DNA of 64,000 nt from assembly GCA_964465485.1 (NCBI GenBank), contig CAYXIZ010000001.1, positions 49,332-113,331 of the forward strand, given 5' to 3'. Positions 19,405 through 29,366 of the stretch are shown here, piece by piece. This DNA is from an uncultured Rhodobacterales bacterium. GTDB taxonomy: Bacteria; Pseudomonadota; Alphaproteobacteria; Rhodobacterales; Rhodobacteraceae. The position numbers and the translations under genes were made by a program. Positions within the stretch are counted from its first letter, which is position 1, and the number at the start of each line of letters is the position of its first letter. Below the pieces are notes generated by a model, which saw only the letters and a program-made list of their open reading frames with translations, did not search any database and had not been told where the DNA came from.

Positions 19405-20307
19405 ATGTTTACTGACCGACGTATTTTGTTGTCCAAACTGGCAGATGCCGCCGGTATGACTGTTCTGCGTGATGTCGAAATTGCGTTTGCCGGCAAAATA
19501 CCGACGGCGTTGGAGTGCCGGGTTGTGCCCGTCAGTTCTGCTGATCATTTGAACGCTGCTGTGGCTCGGGGCGGTATTGCTGCGATGATTGTCCCTGCTG
19601 CGTTGGCAGATGATGTGCCGACCACCTACGGGCTGGCAGTAAGCGAGGAGCCCATGGTCGCACTTGCGCGGTTCCAAGCTGCGCTTTCTGTCCGCGAAGA
19701 CTTTCAGTGGCAGAGCTTTTCTTCGCGGATCGATCCGTCCGCGCATATTGATCCAAGCGCGTATATCGCGGCGCGTGATGTGGTGATCGGAGCGGGCACA
19801 TATGTCGGACCGAATGCTGTCATTCGTCCGCGAAGCATTGTCGGGGATCACTGCAAGATCGACGCAGGTTGCGTTGTCGGGGTTGACGCGTTTGAGGCCG
19901 ATGTCACCCAACCCGGTGGGCTGCTGCAGGCATCTGGCGGTGTGGAGATTGGCGATCATGTGACGCTCCAGCCCAATTGCGTGGTGGGGCGTGCTACCTT
20001 TGGCGGGTTTACCAAGATTGGGGCTGGGACGCTGATTGATGCGGGCGTCAGCATTTCGCATGATTGCGTCATTGGTGCAGAGGTCACGATTTGTGCGAAT
20101 GCCAGCCTGTCGGGCCGCGTGGTTGCCGGGCAGGGGGCGTATATCGGACCCAATGCTTCGATTTCTAATGGTGTGGTGCTGGGTGACAAATGCGTGGTGT
20201 CCATTGGTTCGGTTGTGACAAAGGCGGTTGCGCCCAATACTCGTGTGACTGGCAATTTCGCGCTGCCGCATGCCAAGTGGCTGGCTTTGATCCGAAAATT
20301 CAGGTGA
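19405..20307 (+). CDS. LpxD-like hexapeptide-repeat acyltransferase
   Basis: LpxD-like N-terminal domain plus left-handed beta-helix repeats; GGVEIGDHV...[14 protein letters not shown]. Confidence 0.8.
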   Translation: MFTDRRILLSKLADAAGMTVLRDVEIAFAGKIPTALECRVVPVSSADHLNAAVARGGIAAMIVPAALADDVPTTYGLAVSEEPMVALARFQAALSVREDFQWQSFSSRIDPSAHIDPSAYIAARDVVIGAGTYVGPNAVIRPRSIVGDHCKIDAGCVVGVDAFEADVTQPGGLLQASGGVEIGDHVTLQPNCVVGRATFGGFTKIGAGTLIDAGVSISHDCVIGAEVTICANASLSGRVVAGQGAYIGPNASISNGVVLGDKCVVSIGSVVTKAVAPNTRVTGNFALPHAKWLALIRKFR

Positions 20308-20394
20308 AATCCTGATAAATGATTAATCTCTCAAGTTTTTGTTAAGGATGATCCGCGCAGATGGGATCAGTATTAACCTTAACGAGCTGAGATC

Positions 20395-20691
20395 ATGGTT
20401 GCATCGACCCGAAAGAAACGTGTGGCGATGGTGGTGCCCAATATGTGCGACCCCGACTACCGCGTTATCAAGCAAGCAGAGACTCTCGCGGCGGCAGGTA
20501 TGGAGGTGCGGATCTATTGCATCTGGAAGCCCGGCATTGGTCTACCTGTCAGAGAGGTTCTGAACGGTGTCACCTATATTCGGCGTGAATGGAATGTTGT
20601 TGCGCTCATCAAAAATAAGCTTTTTGGCATCCCGCTCCCTCATGAAACGGTGCGTTTGAAGTCCCGTTATGTTGAAGAAGGCGAGGGCTGA
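20395..20691 (+). CDS. N-terminal part of a GT4 glycosyltransferase, encoded as a separate ORF
   Basis: RVAMVVPNMCDPDYRVIKQAETLAAAGMEV matches the typical GT4 start 'D.RV.K.A..L...G.EV'. Confidence 0.7.
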   Translation: MVASTRKKRVAMVVPNMCDPDYRVIKQAETLAAAGMEVRIYCIWKPGIGLPVREVLNGVTYIRREWNVVALIKNKLFGIPLPHETVRLKSRYVEEGEG

Positions 20692-21788
20692 TGCGCGTTT
20701 TGAACTGGCTCCAAAAGCTAGGTTACGCGGCCGCCGATTCCCGGATGAAGCGCATGTCGCTGATGTTTCACACGGTGTTTTGCGATCTGTCTCTAAGAAT
20801 GGTTTTTCGCGAGGAAATGGCGGCTTGGAAGCCTGACGTGGTGCATGCGCATGACGGAATTGCGCTGCCTTTGGCGTCAAAAGTGGCCGATGATTGCGGC
20901 GCGCGTCTGGTCTTCGACAGCCATGAGCTGGAGACGCACCGCAACCCACCCCTCTCCCGCATTCGCCGCTTGCAAGTGCAGCATCTCGAACGCAAGTATC
21001 TGCCGAAGGCGGATGCGATCTTCACTGTGGGGCAGAAAATTGCGGGTTTTCTGTCCTCGACTTACAGGATCGAGAAACCGGTTGTTCTATTCAACAGTCC
21101 GAGGGTTCAGCCGAACCCGGTCTCCAACCGATGGGACACACCTGACCGCACCAATTTGCGCGAAGAGCTGCTTATTCGTAGCAACGGTTTCCTGTTGGTT
21201 CACACGGGAAACGTGACGTTCAACCGTGGCATTGAGCAGGCCGTGATTGGCCTGTCCAAGGCGGTCAGTGATCCGGCATTCAAGGACGCGTATCCCGGTG
21301 GGGTTCATCTGGCTTTGGTTGGCAACCGGGTGCCGCAGGTCGTTGCGCGGGTGGAGCAATTGCATAAACGCTATGGCGCGTGCATCGAGATCCATTTCGT
21401 GGAGCCCGTCGCCGCCAACCGGATCGTCGAATATATCAGCACAGCAGATGCGAGCATTTCCGCCGGGGTTCCGCTTGTTCTGTCCTATGAGTTTGGGATG
21501 CCGAACAAACTGTTCGAGGCCCTGATGGCGGGGCTGCCTTTGATCGCGTCCGACCTTGTGGAAATGAAGCGGTTCATCGCGGAAAACGAGCTTGGGATCA
21601 GCTATCAAGCCGATGACACGGACAAGCTGGCAGAGGCCTTTACGGAGCTGGCGTTCAACATTGACCGATACCGAGTCTCCGAGAGCCGGTTGGCCATGCT
21701 GCGCAAGCAGTTTTGTTGGGAGGCGCAGGAAACCAAATTGTTGCAGACCTATGAACGGCTTCTTGAAAGCGAGGTGGCTCATGGTTGA
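20691..21788 (+). CDS. glycosyltransferase family 4, lacking the N-terminal strand and helix
   Basis: PDVVHAHD, VFDSHE and PNKLFEALMAGLPLIASD. Confidence 0.85.
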   Translation: MRVLNWLQKLGYAAADSRMKRMSLMFHTVFCDLSLRMVFREEMAAWKPDVVHAHDGIALPLASKVADDCGARLVFDSHELETHRNPPLSRIRRLQVQHLERKYLPKADAIFTVGQKIAGFLSSTYRIEKPVVLFNSPRVQPNPVSNRWDTPDRTNLREELLIRSNGFLLVHTGNVTFNRGIEQAVIGLSKAVSDPAFKDAYPGGVHLALVGNRVPQVVARVEQLHKRYGACIEIHFVEPVAANRIVEYISTADASISAGVPLVLSYEFGMPNKLFEALMAGLPLIASDLVEMKRFIAENELGISYQADDTDKLAEAFTELAFNIDRYRVSESRLAMLRKQFCWEAQETKLLQTYERLLESEVAHG

Positions 21789-22692
21789 GGTGACCTCAGG
21801 GATGCTTGCGGATTTTGTCTGCCAAAAGTTTGGAGGAGAGCTTGAGTATTCCGGCCCGGAGTTTGTTCTGTCACGGCCCACCCCTTTGGGTGATCTAGCT
21901 GCGAACGCGCTCAGCTTTTGTAATGGAGTTCGTTTCACACCACCGTCTGAACCTGTGGCGGTGATCTGTGGCAGAGAGACGCTTTGTGAAGGTGGTGCCG
22001 ATGCTTTGGTTCTGCGCGTCGACAACCCGCGCTTGGTGTTTGGCAAAGCTGTGGAACATTTCTTTGTCCCTAAGCCCAAAACCTTTGTGCACCCAACTGC
22101 CGTTATCGAAAGCTCCGTGATGCTTGGGGCGGAAGTCTCCATTGGCGCGCATTCCGTGATCGGCGAAGGGTGCCACATCGGCGCGCGCAGTCGGATTGGG
22201 TCGAATGTCGTGCTTGGTCCGGGCGTCAGGGTTGGTGAGGATTGCGCTATTCTATCCGGCTCCGTGATTGGCGAGGCCGGGTTTGGCGTCGAATTTGATG
22301 CGGAGGGTCACAGCTTCCGGTTGCCCCATATCGGCGGAGTTATTTTGGAAGATCGGGTGCAGGTTGGCAGCCTCTGTTCCATCGCGGCTGGCACTCTTTC
22401 TCCGACGATTTTGCGCGAAGACGTGCAGCTCGATAACAAGGTGCATGTGGCCCATAATGTGGATGTGGGCGCGCGGAGTCTGATAACCGCCTGCGCCGAG
22501 ATTAGCGGCAGCGTGACCATCGGGCCTGATTGCTGGCTCGGGCCAAATTCGAGCGTGATCAACAAGATTAATATTGGGCGGAACAGCCTTATAGGGCTTG
22601 GTGCCGTCGTTACGAAAGATGTGGGGGACAATGTCGTTGTCGCCGGGTCTCCGGCGCGTGTTTTGAGATTCAACCCGGAACCTGCGCGGTGA
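21781..22692 (+). CDS. second LpxD-like hexapeptide-repeat acyltransferase
   Basis: VDNPRLVF, VHPTAVIE, GEAGFG, PHIGGVILEDRVQVG and DNKVHVAHNV. Confidence 0.85.
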   Translation: MVEVTSGMLADFVCQKFGGELEYSGPEFVLSRPTPLGDLAANALSFCNGVRFTPPSEPVAVICGRETLCEGGADALVLRVDNPRLVFGKAVEHFFVPKPKTFVHPTAVIESSVMLGAEVSIGAHSVIGEGCHIGARSRIGSNVVLGPGVRVGEDCAILSGSVIGEAGFGVEFDAEGHSFRLPHIGGVILEDRVQVGSLCSIAAGTLSPTILREDVQLDNKVHVAHNVDVGARSLITACAEISGSVTIGPDCWLGPNSSVINKINIGRNSLIGLGAVVTKDVGDNVVVAGSPARVLRFNPEPAR

Positions 22693-23351
22693 GTTTTTCA
22701 TTGAGCAAAGGGTCAGGCAAGGGCCGCACAGCGTTGCTGTTATCAGCTCACACGGATGATTGCGAATTAGGCATGGGCGGTACGATCGCCCGGCTGGTTG
22801 AAGCGGGCTACATGGTCCGCTGGCTGGTTTTTTGCAACGCTTGGCAATCCTTGCCAAATGGGTTCGACAAGACCACTTTGATCACGGAGCAGTACAGCGC
22901 CGCCGCTGCGTTCGGTATTCCGGCTGATGCGGTTGAAATGGGCGACATTCCTGTGCGGAGATTTCAGGAATTTCGTCAGGACATCCTCGAGGCCCTCGTT
23001 GCAGAGACCCGAAAAACCCGCCCCGATCTGGTGTTTTGCCCTTCCTTGCAGGACCGGCATCAAGACCACCAGACCCTCGCGCAAGAGGCGCAGCGGGCGT
23101 TCAAACAGACAAACCTGATGGGCTACATTTTGCCTTGGAACATAAGACACGAGCTGCGCAGCGCGCAGGTTGAAATCGGGCCGCATCATTTTGAACAGAA
23201 GAAGGCAGCGCTGGCATGTTATCAAAGCCAGGCTGCCCGTACTTATTTTGGCGAGGATGCGGTAGAGGTCCTGTTGAAGGCCTCAGGCTTGGCGTCAGGC
23301 ATGGAGATGGCTGAGACGTTCGAGGTGATCAACCTGTCCACACGCCTTTGA
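22689..23351 (+). CDS. PIG-L/LmbE family deacetylase
   Basis: SAHTDDCELGMGGT, DRHQDH and K..AL..YQSQ. Confidence 0.88.
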   Translation: MSFSLSKGSGKGRTALLLSAHTDDCELGMGGTIARLVEAGYMVRWLVFCNAWQSLPNGFDKTTLITEQYSAAAAFGIPADAVEMGDIPVRRFQEFRQDILEALVAETRKTRPDLVFCPSLQDRHQDHQTLAQEAQRAFKQTNLMGYILPWNIRHELRSAQVEIGPHHFEQKKAALACYQSQAARTYFGEDAVEVLLKASGLASGMEMAETFEVINLSTRL

Positions 23352-24463
23352 GCCAGATTGGGCCTGTCCAGCAGGCTGCGATAAAAACCGGTCAGTTTCT
23401 TCGCTTCATCTTGCCAGTTGTATTGCGCTTTGATCACGGAGCGCTGGTCTGAAACCGAGGTGTTCGCCGCGGTCCGGATGGCCTCGACCACAGCTTCGCT
23501 GGAAGCTGTCCAAGGCAGGAGTGACAGCCCAGATTTCAGACGCGTTTCGCGTTCCAGCCTCGGCAGCTGCGTCGCGACAACCGGGAGTTGATTGTAGAGA
23601 TACTCCAGAACTTTGACTGGCAATGCATCGACATAGGCTGGCGTCGGTTGCGGCAGGCAAAGCGCCACGTGGGCCTGCCTTAGTAGCTTGGCCACCTCAG
23701 ATCTGGTCTTTCGCCCATGCAGAGTGATCCACGGCTTGGCGGGGTGGGCATTTACCTTGCCGCGCAGATCTGGAGGGATTGGGCCGACCAGATGCAGGTG
23801 AATGTCCCCGGCGGCGGCAAAGGCGGCGTCACACATCCGGAAGACGCCCCGCGCGATGGTTATGTCACCGACATAGATGCATTGGGTAACAGGTTCCGTC
23901 GGGTGGCAGATGGCGTCTTGCGACCACTCCGAGACCTCAAGGTAGTTGCGGATAACGACGCCGTGGCAGCCTTGGAAGCGCGCTCCGAGATGTTCGTCGG
24001 CGAAGACAAACCCGTCGACCCAGTTCATCGCGCGGCGCTCCGCTCTGTCGGTTAGCTTTGCGATTGCTTTGCGAACCCGGTGAGGACCCAGCCAAGGACG
24101 TGAGAGCAGTGCTTTGGGAAAATCCTCGTGGATGTCATAGACGATCTTGATCCCGCGTCGCTTCCAAATCCGTGCAATCCCCAAGAGGTCGGGGTCATGG
24201 ATGTGGACAGCTCTTGGCTGCAGTCTCCGCACGACCCGATCCAGCGCAAGCGTAAAGCTGGTGAACCGCTGCAGTCGGTTTGCAGGAGCGGGAAGGGTGA
24301 TCAGGGTCAGGCCTTCGGTTTGAGCTTCGGTGTGAGTGTCGCCCGGTCCCACAATGCCGACAGTAAGCCCTGCCGCCGCCAGCGCGCGGGCTTCTTTCAC
24401 GAAGATGCGGGTGTCCCGGACAACATGGGCGGAGGTTACGTGCAGGACGTCCAATTCGCTCAT
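23243..24463 (-). CDS. glycosyltransferase family 4
   Basis: HVTSAHVVRDTRIF, HIHDPD, YDIHED and PVKVLEY. Confidence 0.85.
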   Translation of the reverse strand: MSELDVLHVTSAHVVRDTRIFVKEARALAAAGLTVGIVGPGDTHTEAQTEGLTLITLPAPANRLQRFTSFTLALDRVVRRLQPRAVHIHDPDLLGIARIWKRRGIKIVYDIHEDFPKALLSRPWLGPHRVRKAIAKLTDRAERRAMNWVDGFVFADEHLGARFQGCHGVVIRNYLEVSEWSQDAICHPTEPVTQCIYVGDITIARGVFRMCDAAFAAAGDIHLHLVGPIPPDLRGKVNAHPAKPWITLHGRKTRSEVAKLLRQAHVALCLPQPTPAYVDALPVKVLEYLYNQLPVVATQLPRLERETRLKSGLSLLPWTASSEAVVEAIRTAANTSVSDQRSVIKAQYNWQDEAKKLTGFYRSLLDRPNLAQRRVDRLITSNVSAISMPDAKPEAFNRTSTASSPK

Positions 24464-25125
24464 TATGCCCTGATCTTCATATTCTTGCTGTGGTGAGCGA
24501 TCGCGTCGTCAATATTGTCGTAATAGTGGAGGTGCCCGTTCTCCAGCACGGCTCCGCTGGAGCAGATGGATTTGAGGGTGCCCTCGCTGTGCGAAACCAC
24601 GATTGAGCCCGCGCGGTCCAGCCGGTCTTCGAGCACGTCGCGGCATTTCTCCCGGAAGGAGGCGTCGCCGACGGATGTGACCTCGTCGATCAAGTAGTAG
24701 GAGAACGGAATGCCCATCGAGATGCCAAAGGCCAGCCTAGCCCGCATGCCCGAGCTGTAGGTACGCACCGGCATTTTGAAACTGCGGCCAAGCTCGGAGA
24801 AGTCCAGGACGTACTCCTCCAAAGCTTCCGTATCTATGCCGTAGACGCGCGCAATGAATCGGGTGTTTTGCGCGCCGGTCATATCCGCATGAAAGCTGCC
24901 CGCGAACCCAATTTGCCACGACACCGTGCCGCTGCTTTCCACTGCCCCAAAATCTGGGCGCATTGTGCCGCCAATGATCTTTAGCAGTGTCGATTTCCCC
25001 GCCCCGTTGCGCCCGAGAAGGGCCACGGATGTCTTGCTTGGGAAAATCGCGTTGATCTCTTGTGCGATGAATTTTCGCCGCCCCCGGATACGGAAGCTCT
25101 TCGTCAGGTTGGTAAGTTGGATCAT
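24463..25125 (-). CDS. kpsT: capsular polysaccharide ABC transporter ATP-binding protein
   Basis: GRNGAGKST, YSSGMRARL and IDEVTSVGD. Confidence 0.9.
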   Translation of the reverse strand: MIQLTNLTKSFRIRGRRKFIAQEINAIFPSKTSVALLGRNGAGKSTLLKIIGGTMRPDFGAVESSGTVSWQIGFAGSFHADMTGAQNTRFIARVYGIDTEALEEYVLDFSELGRSFKMPVRTYSSGMRARLAFGISMGIPFSYYLIDEVTSVGDASFREKCRDVLEDRLDRAGSIVVSHSEGTLKSICSSGAVLENGHLHYYDNIDDAIAHHSKNMKIRA

Positions 25126-25130
25126 CAGGC

Positions 25131-26306
25131 CTACCGTCGGTCGCGGATCGAATAACTGACCATCATCGCCACTGCCCAAAACAGGGTCAGCAATAAAGCG
25201 GTGATGCCAATGATCAGCGGAGACCTTGGGTAAAGCGCGCTGTCGGCCAAAGTCGGCTCGATATGTACGGCCAGATATTTGGTGCGCCGCTTTGCGTCTG
25301 CCTTGGCCCCGTCATAGGCCGCTGCTGCGGCCAGAAAGGCCTGCTCTGCGAATTCGCGCTCCACGATGAGCGCCTCGTAATCGCCGATAATCGAAACCAT
25401 CCCGCTGTCAACGCCGGAACTGAGCGCTGCACGTTCGCTCTCCAACCGGCTGCGGATGGCCTCGATACGCAGCTGGGATTGCTGTATCCGCGAGTCGTTG
25501 CGGTTCGATGTGCTTCCTGAAAGCAGGTCATAATCAATCAGGGCTTCAGCCAATTGCTGCTGAAGGGCGGCGCTGACCCCACCTTGGGACTGCACGGCAA
25601 GTGTAGGGTCTATGACGCGCGATTCAGCTCGAAACTGGCTGAGCCTTTGACGGGCTTGCTTGAGGCGGGAACGCGCCTCGTTCAGATCGGCCTCTGCGTA
25701 TTTGGTGGCATCCTCGCGGGCAAGCAGGCTGAGGCGGTCCACCAATTGCTGCGAGTGGTTCAGGATTGCCTTGTTGACTTGTTGGGCGGCGTCGGCGTCA
25801 AAGGCGAAGCTTTCCACATGGATAAGCCCGCTGCCTTTATCGAGGCTGTTTTGGACCATCCAGCGCCAATGCCGGACCAGCTCTTCAACAGACACGTTAT
25901 CCGAGATGGAGAAGACCGGGTCGCTGGGCGTTCCGGCATAGAGCCGTCGCAACCCAAGCTGCGCATCAATGTCCCGCACGATTTTCTGGCTGGAGATGAA
26001 TTCGTAAACGATGTCGGCATCTGCCGTGGTTCCGGTTGAAAGCTGCCCCAAGCCTGACAGCGCATCAAGGGGGTTGGAGAATTCCTCAGATCGGACGGAG
26101 AAGGACATTTCTGACGAAAACTGCGGGCTGGCGCGTTGTGTGAGATACCAGAAGGTGGCCACAAGCGGGGCCAGAACCATGAGCGTGAAGGACAACCAAA
26201 CCATCCAATGCCGTCTGCGCATACGCGCTTTATGTGCAGTTTGGCGGGGTTTGGCCTTTGGTCGCTCCTCTACCAGCTTGATGGCGGGGGTCTCGGTACT
26301 GGTCAT
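25131..26306 (-). CDS. kpsE: capsule export inner-membrane (polysaccharide co-polymerase) protein
   Basis: Two terminal TM segments around a coiled-coil region; C-terminal ...SIRDRR; adjacent to kpsM and kpsT. Confidence 0.85.
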   Translation of the reverse strand: MTSTETPAIKLVEERPKAKPRQTAHKARMRRRHWMVWLSFTLMVLAPLVATFWYLTQRASPQFSSEMSFSVRSEEFSNPLDALSGLGQLSTGTTADADIVYEFISSQKIVRDIDAQLGLRRLYAGTPSDPVFSISDNVSVEELVRHWRWMVQNSLDKGSGLIHVESFAFDADAAQQVNKAILNHSQQLVDRLSLLAREDATKYAEADLNEARSRLKQARQRLSQFRAESRVIDPTLAVQSQGGVSAALQQQLAEALIDYDLLSGSTSNRNDSRIQQSQLRIEAIRSRLESERAALSSGVDSGMVSIIGDYEALIVEREFAEQAFLAAAAAYDGAKADAKRRTKYLAVHIEPTLADSALYPRSPLIIGITALLLTLFWAVAMMVSYSIRDRR

Positions 26307-26366
26307 GATAACTGCTTTCGCCACTGATATTGGGAATGAAGATTGCAGCAGTTTATTTCGATTACA

Positions 26367-26383
26367 TTAACCATACTGTTAAC
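26367..26383. promoter_or_regulatory. CtrA-like element (TTAACCAT; TTAA-N8-TTAAC) in the kpsE/kpsM divergent promoter
   Basis: TTAACCATACTGTTAAC; the spacer is 8 nt rather than the canonical 7. Confidence 0.4.
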
Positions 26384-26405
26384 TCTGACGCGTAGCCCTA
26401 GGGCC

Positions 26406-27215
26406 ATGACCCCGGTTACTTCAGATCACAGCGCGCCCAAGCGACGACATGTGCCGTTCCAAACCTTGCGGGTGATCTTTGCCTTGATGATCCGCGAGAT
26501 GGCGACCAGTTTTGGGCGTTCCTCCTTGGGCTATCTTTGGGCAATATTAGAGCCTATCGGCATTATCATCGTGTTCACGCTGGCGTTCTCGATCATCTTC
26601 AAGCAGCCGCCGCTTGGGTCCAGTTTTCTGCTGTTCTACGCGACGGGGTATTTGCCCTTCGGGATCTACAACACCGCGCAAAGTAAAATCGCGGTGGCTC
26701 TGACGCAGAACAAGGCTCTGCTGTTTTATCCTTCCGTGACCTATACGGACGTGATCTTGGCGCGATTTGCGCTAATCTCGCTGACCGAACTGACCGTCAG
26801 CGTGGTCTTGTTCACCGGGCTCTTGGTCCATGCTGGGGTCACGGTTGTGCCAAATCTGCCCTACATATTCGTGGCACTGGGGATGGCGCTTTTGCTGGGC
26901 ACATCCGTTGGGCTGATGAACGCGACCTTGTTTGAGATCTTGCCGTCCTGGCGCACTATCTGGAAAATTCTCAGCCGCCCGATGTTCTTCATCTCGGCGA
27001 TCTTCTACCTGTTCGATTCGTTGCCGAGCTATATTCAGACAATTTTATGGTGGAACCCGTTGGTGCATATCATCGGAACATTGCGGGTCGGGTTCTTCCC
27101 GGAATACGAAGGTGCGTATATTTCATGGCTCTACGTCGTCATCTTGTCCTTGTGTTTGATGACTGTGGGTTTGGTCAATCTGCGGACCTCGAACAAGTTC
27201 ATCATCAATAACTAG
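26406..27215 (+). CDS. kpsM: capsular polysaccharide ABC transporter permease
   Basis: ALMIRE...FGRSSLGYLWAILEP and WNPLVHII; multiple TM segments. Confidence 0.9.
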   Translation: MTPVTSDHSAPKRRHVPFQTLRVIFALMIREMATSFGRSSLGYLWAILEPIGIIIVFTLAFSIIFKQPPLGSSFLLFYATGYLPFGIYNTAQSKIAVALTQNKALLFYPSVTYTDVILARFALISLTELTVSVVLFTGLLVHAGVTVVPNLPYIFVALGMALLLGTSVGLMNATLFEILPSWRTIWKILSRPMFFISAIFYLFDSLPSYIQTILWWNPLVHIIGTLRVGFFPEYEGAYISWLYVVILSLCLMTVGLVNLRTSNKFIINN

Positions 27216-27302
27216 CCTTTTGCCGGCCACATATTTGCAATAATGAAGCGCCAGTAAGCAAAGTAGAAGCCTGCTCAGGCGTGCTCAAAGAGGATATTGG
27301 TA

Positions 27303-28625
27303 GTGAAAATCGCAATGATTGGGACCGGCTATGTCGGTTTGGTTTCGGGTGTATGCTTCTCGGATTTTGGGCATGACGTTGTCTGCGTCGACAAGGATCC
27401 AAGCAAGATCGAGATGCTGAACAAGGGCAAAGTGCCGATCTACGAACCTGGCTTGGACGTTCTGATGCAAAAGAACGTGGATGCCGGGCGGCTTACGTTC
27501 ACGACCGATTTGATTGAAGCGGTCGATGGCGCGGAGGCGGTCTTTATCGCGGTGGGCACGCCCACCCGGCGGGGCGACGGCCATGCAGATCTAACTTTTG
27601 TTTACGCAGCGGCTGAGGAGATCGCCAAGGCAGTAACCGGCTACACAGTGATCGTGACGAAATCGACTGTTCCTTTGGGCACCAACCGCAAGGTTGCCGA
27701 AGTTGTCGCCAAGGCTGCACCGGGTCTGGAATTCGATGTGGCGTCCAACCCGGAATTCTTGCGCGAAGGTGCGGCGATCGACGATTTCATGAAGCCGGAC
27801 CGTGTTGTTGTGGGTGCTGAGACAGATCGTGCTATTGCGGTTATGCAAGACATCTACCGCCCGCTCTATCTGCGCGACTTCCCGATCATGACCACGGACC
27901 TGGAAAGCGCCGAGATGATCAAATACGCGGCGAACGCGTTTCTGGCGACCAAGATTACGTTCATCAACGAGATCGCCGCTCTTTGTGAGAAGACGGGCGC
28001 TGACGTTAAAGCCGTGTCGAAAGGTATGGGGCTGGACGGGCGTATCGGAAACAAGTTCCTGCATGCAGGCCCCGGCTATGGCGGCTCTTGTTTCCCGAAA
28101 GACACCAGCGCCTTGGCGCGGATCGGTCAGGAACATGCGTCTCCGATGCAGATCACCGAGGCGGTGATGCGGGTCAATGAAGGCGTGAAGGCCAGAATGA
28201 TCGAAAAACTGCGCGACCTGTGTGGAGGCAGCTTTAACGGAAAGCGTGTTGCGGTGCTTGGCGTGACGTTCAAACCGAACACCGATGATATGCGTGACGC
28301 GCCCTCCCTGACAATTGTGCCGGCCTTGGTCGGTGGCGGTGCCAAGGTGAATGTGGTTGACCCGCAGGGTCACCATGAGGGTGAGGCGCTTTTGCCGGGT
28401 GTGACTTGGCATGATGACCCGTATTCGGCCTCCGATGGCGCTGATGTGATCGTGCTGCTGACCGAATGGAACGAATTCCGCGCGCTTGATCTGGAGCGGA
28501 TTGCGGGCAGCATGTCTTCGCCGCGAATGGCCGATCTGCGCAATATCTATTCGGCACAGGATGCGGAGAAAGCTGGATTCGTTTCCTATTGCTGTGTCGG
28601 CAGGCCTGATTTCGAAGCTAAGTAG
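27303..28625 (+). CDS. ugd: UDP-glucose 6-dehydrogenase
   Basis: GTGYVGL, IAVGTP, SNPEFLREG and GYGGSCFPKD. Confidence 0.95.
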   Translation: MKIAMIGTGYVGLVSGVCFSDFGHDVVCVDKDPSKIEMLNKGKVPIYEPGLDVLMQKNVDAGRLTFTTDLIEAVDGAEAVFIAVGTPTRRGDGHADLTFVYAAAEEIAKAVTGYTVIVTKSTVPLGTNRKVAEVVAKAAPGLEFDVASNPEFLREGAAIDDFMKPDRVVVGAETDRAIAVMQDIYRPLYLRDFPIMTTDLESAEMIKYAANAFLATKITFINEIAALCEKTGADVKAVSKGMGLDGRIGNKFLHAGPGYGGSCFPKDTSALARIGQEHASPMQITEAVMRVNEGVKARMIEKLRDLCGGSFNGKRVAVLGVTFKPNTDDMRDAPSLTIVPALVGGGAKVNVVDPQGHHEGEALLPGVTWHDDPYSASDGADVIVLLTEWNEFRALDLERIAGSMSSPRMADLRNIYSAQDAEKAGFVSYCCVGRPDFEAK

Positions 28626-28790
28626 GAGCGTGCTTTGGCGCGTATGATCCGGTTCGGATTAGCTGGTTTATTGTTTCAATTCAAGCATGTGGCAGAAAGC
28701 AACCACGTGGATACAAGCTGTGCTATGACGGGTGACTTGATGTGTCGAGACTGATACATCTCGCCCCGTGGCACGGTATGGAGAGCAAGT

Positions 28791-29345
28791 GTGCAGGTTG
28801 AAAAGACAGCGTTAGACGGTGTTGTGGTGCTGACCCCGCGCCGGTTTGGTGATGACCGTGGGTTCTTTACCGAGGTCTGGAACAAGCCCGTCTTGCAAGA
28901 GCTCGGTATTGATGTCGACTTTGTGCAAGACAACCACTCCTACTCAGCGCCCAAAGGCACCGTCCGCGGGCTGCATTTTCAGGCGCCTCCGCATGCGCAG
29001 GACAAGCTGGTGCGGTGCGGTGCCGGGTCGGTTCTGGACGTCGCAGTAGACATTCGAAAAAGCTCGAGCACCTACGGTAAATGGGTCGCGGTGGAGCTGT
29101 CTTGGGAGAACGGCAAACAGTTGTTTGTGCCGAAGGGTTTCTTACATGGTTTCGTCACCCTGCAACCGGACTCGGAGCTGCTGTATAAGTGCTCTGACGT
29201 ATATGCGCCGGAGACTGATGGATCCGTCCATTTCGCGAGCGAGGCATTGGGCATTGATTGGGGCGTTGCGCCCGAAGATGCGATCCTGTCCGCGAAAGAT
29301 GCGGAAGCGATCCAGTTTTCGGAATTCGACTCCCCGTTTGAGTAA
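28791..29345 (+). CDS. rmlC: dTDP-4-dehydrorhamnose 3,5-epimerase
   Basis: DDRGFF, VQDNHS and RGLHFQ. Confidence 0.95.
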   Translation: MQVEKTALDGVVVLTPRRFGDDRGFFTEVWNKPVLQELGIDVDFVQDNHSYSAPKGTVRGLHFQAPPHAQDKLVRCGAGSVLDVAVDIRKSSSTYGKWVAVELSWENGKQLFVPKGFLHGFVTLQPDSELLYKCSDVYAPETDGSVHFASEALGIDWGVAPEDAILSAKDAEAIQFSEFDSPFE

Positions 29346-29366
29346 GTAAGTGAAGGTATGTGTGCG

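Noticed and set aside
19405-22692. LpxD-like genes as true lipid A lpxD
   Set aside because: They are two divergent copies inside a capsule locus without lpxA, fabZ or bamA context, so the symbol was not assigned.
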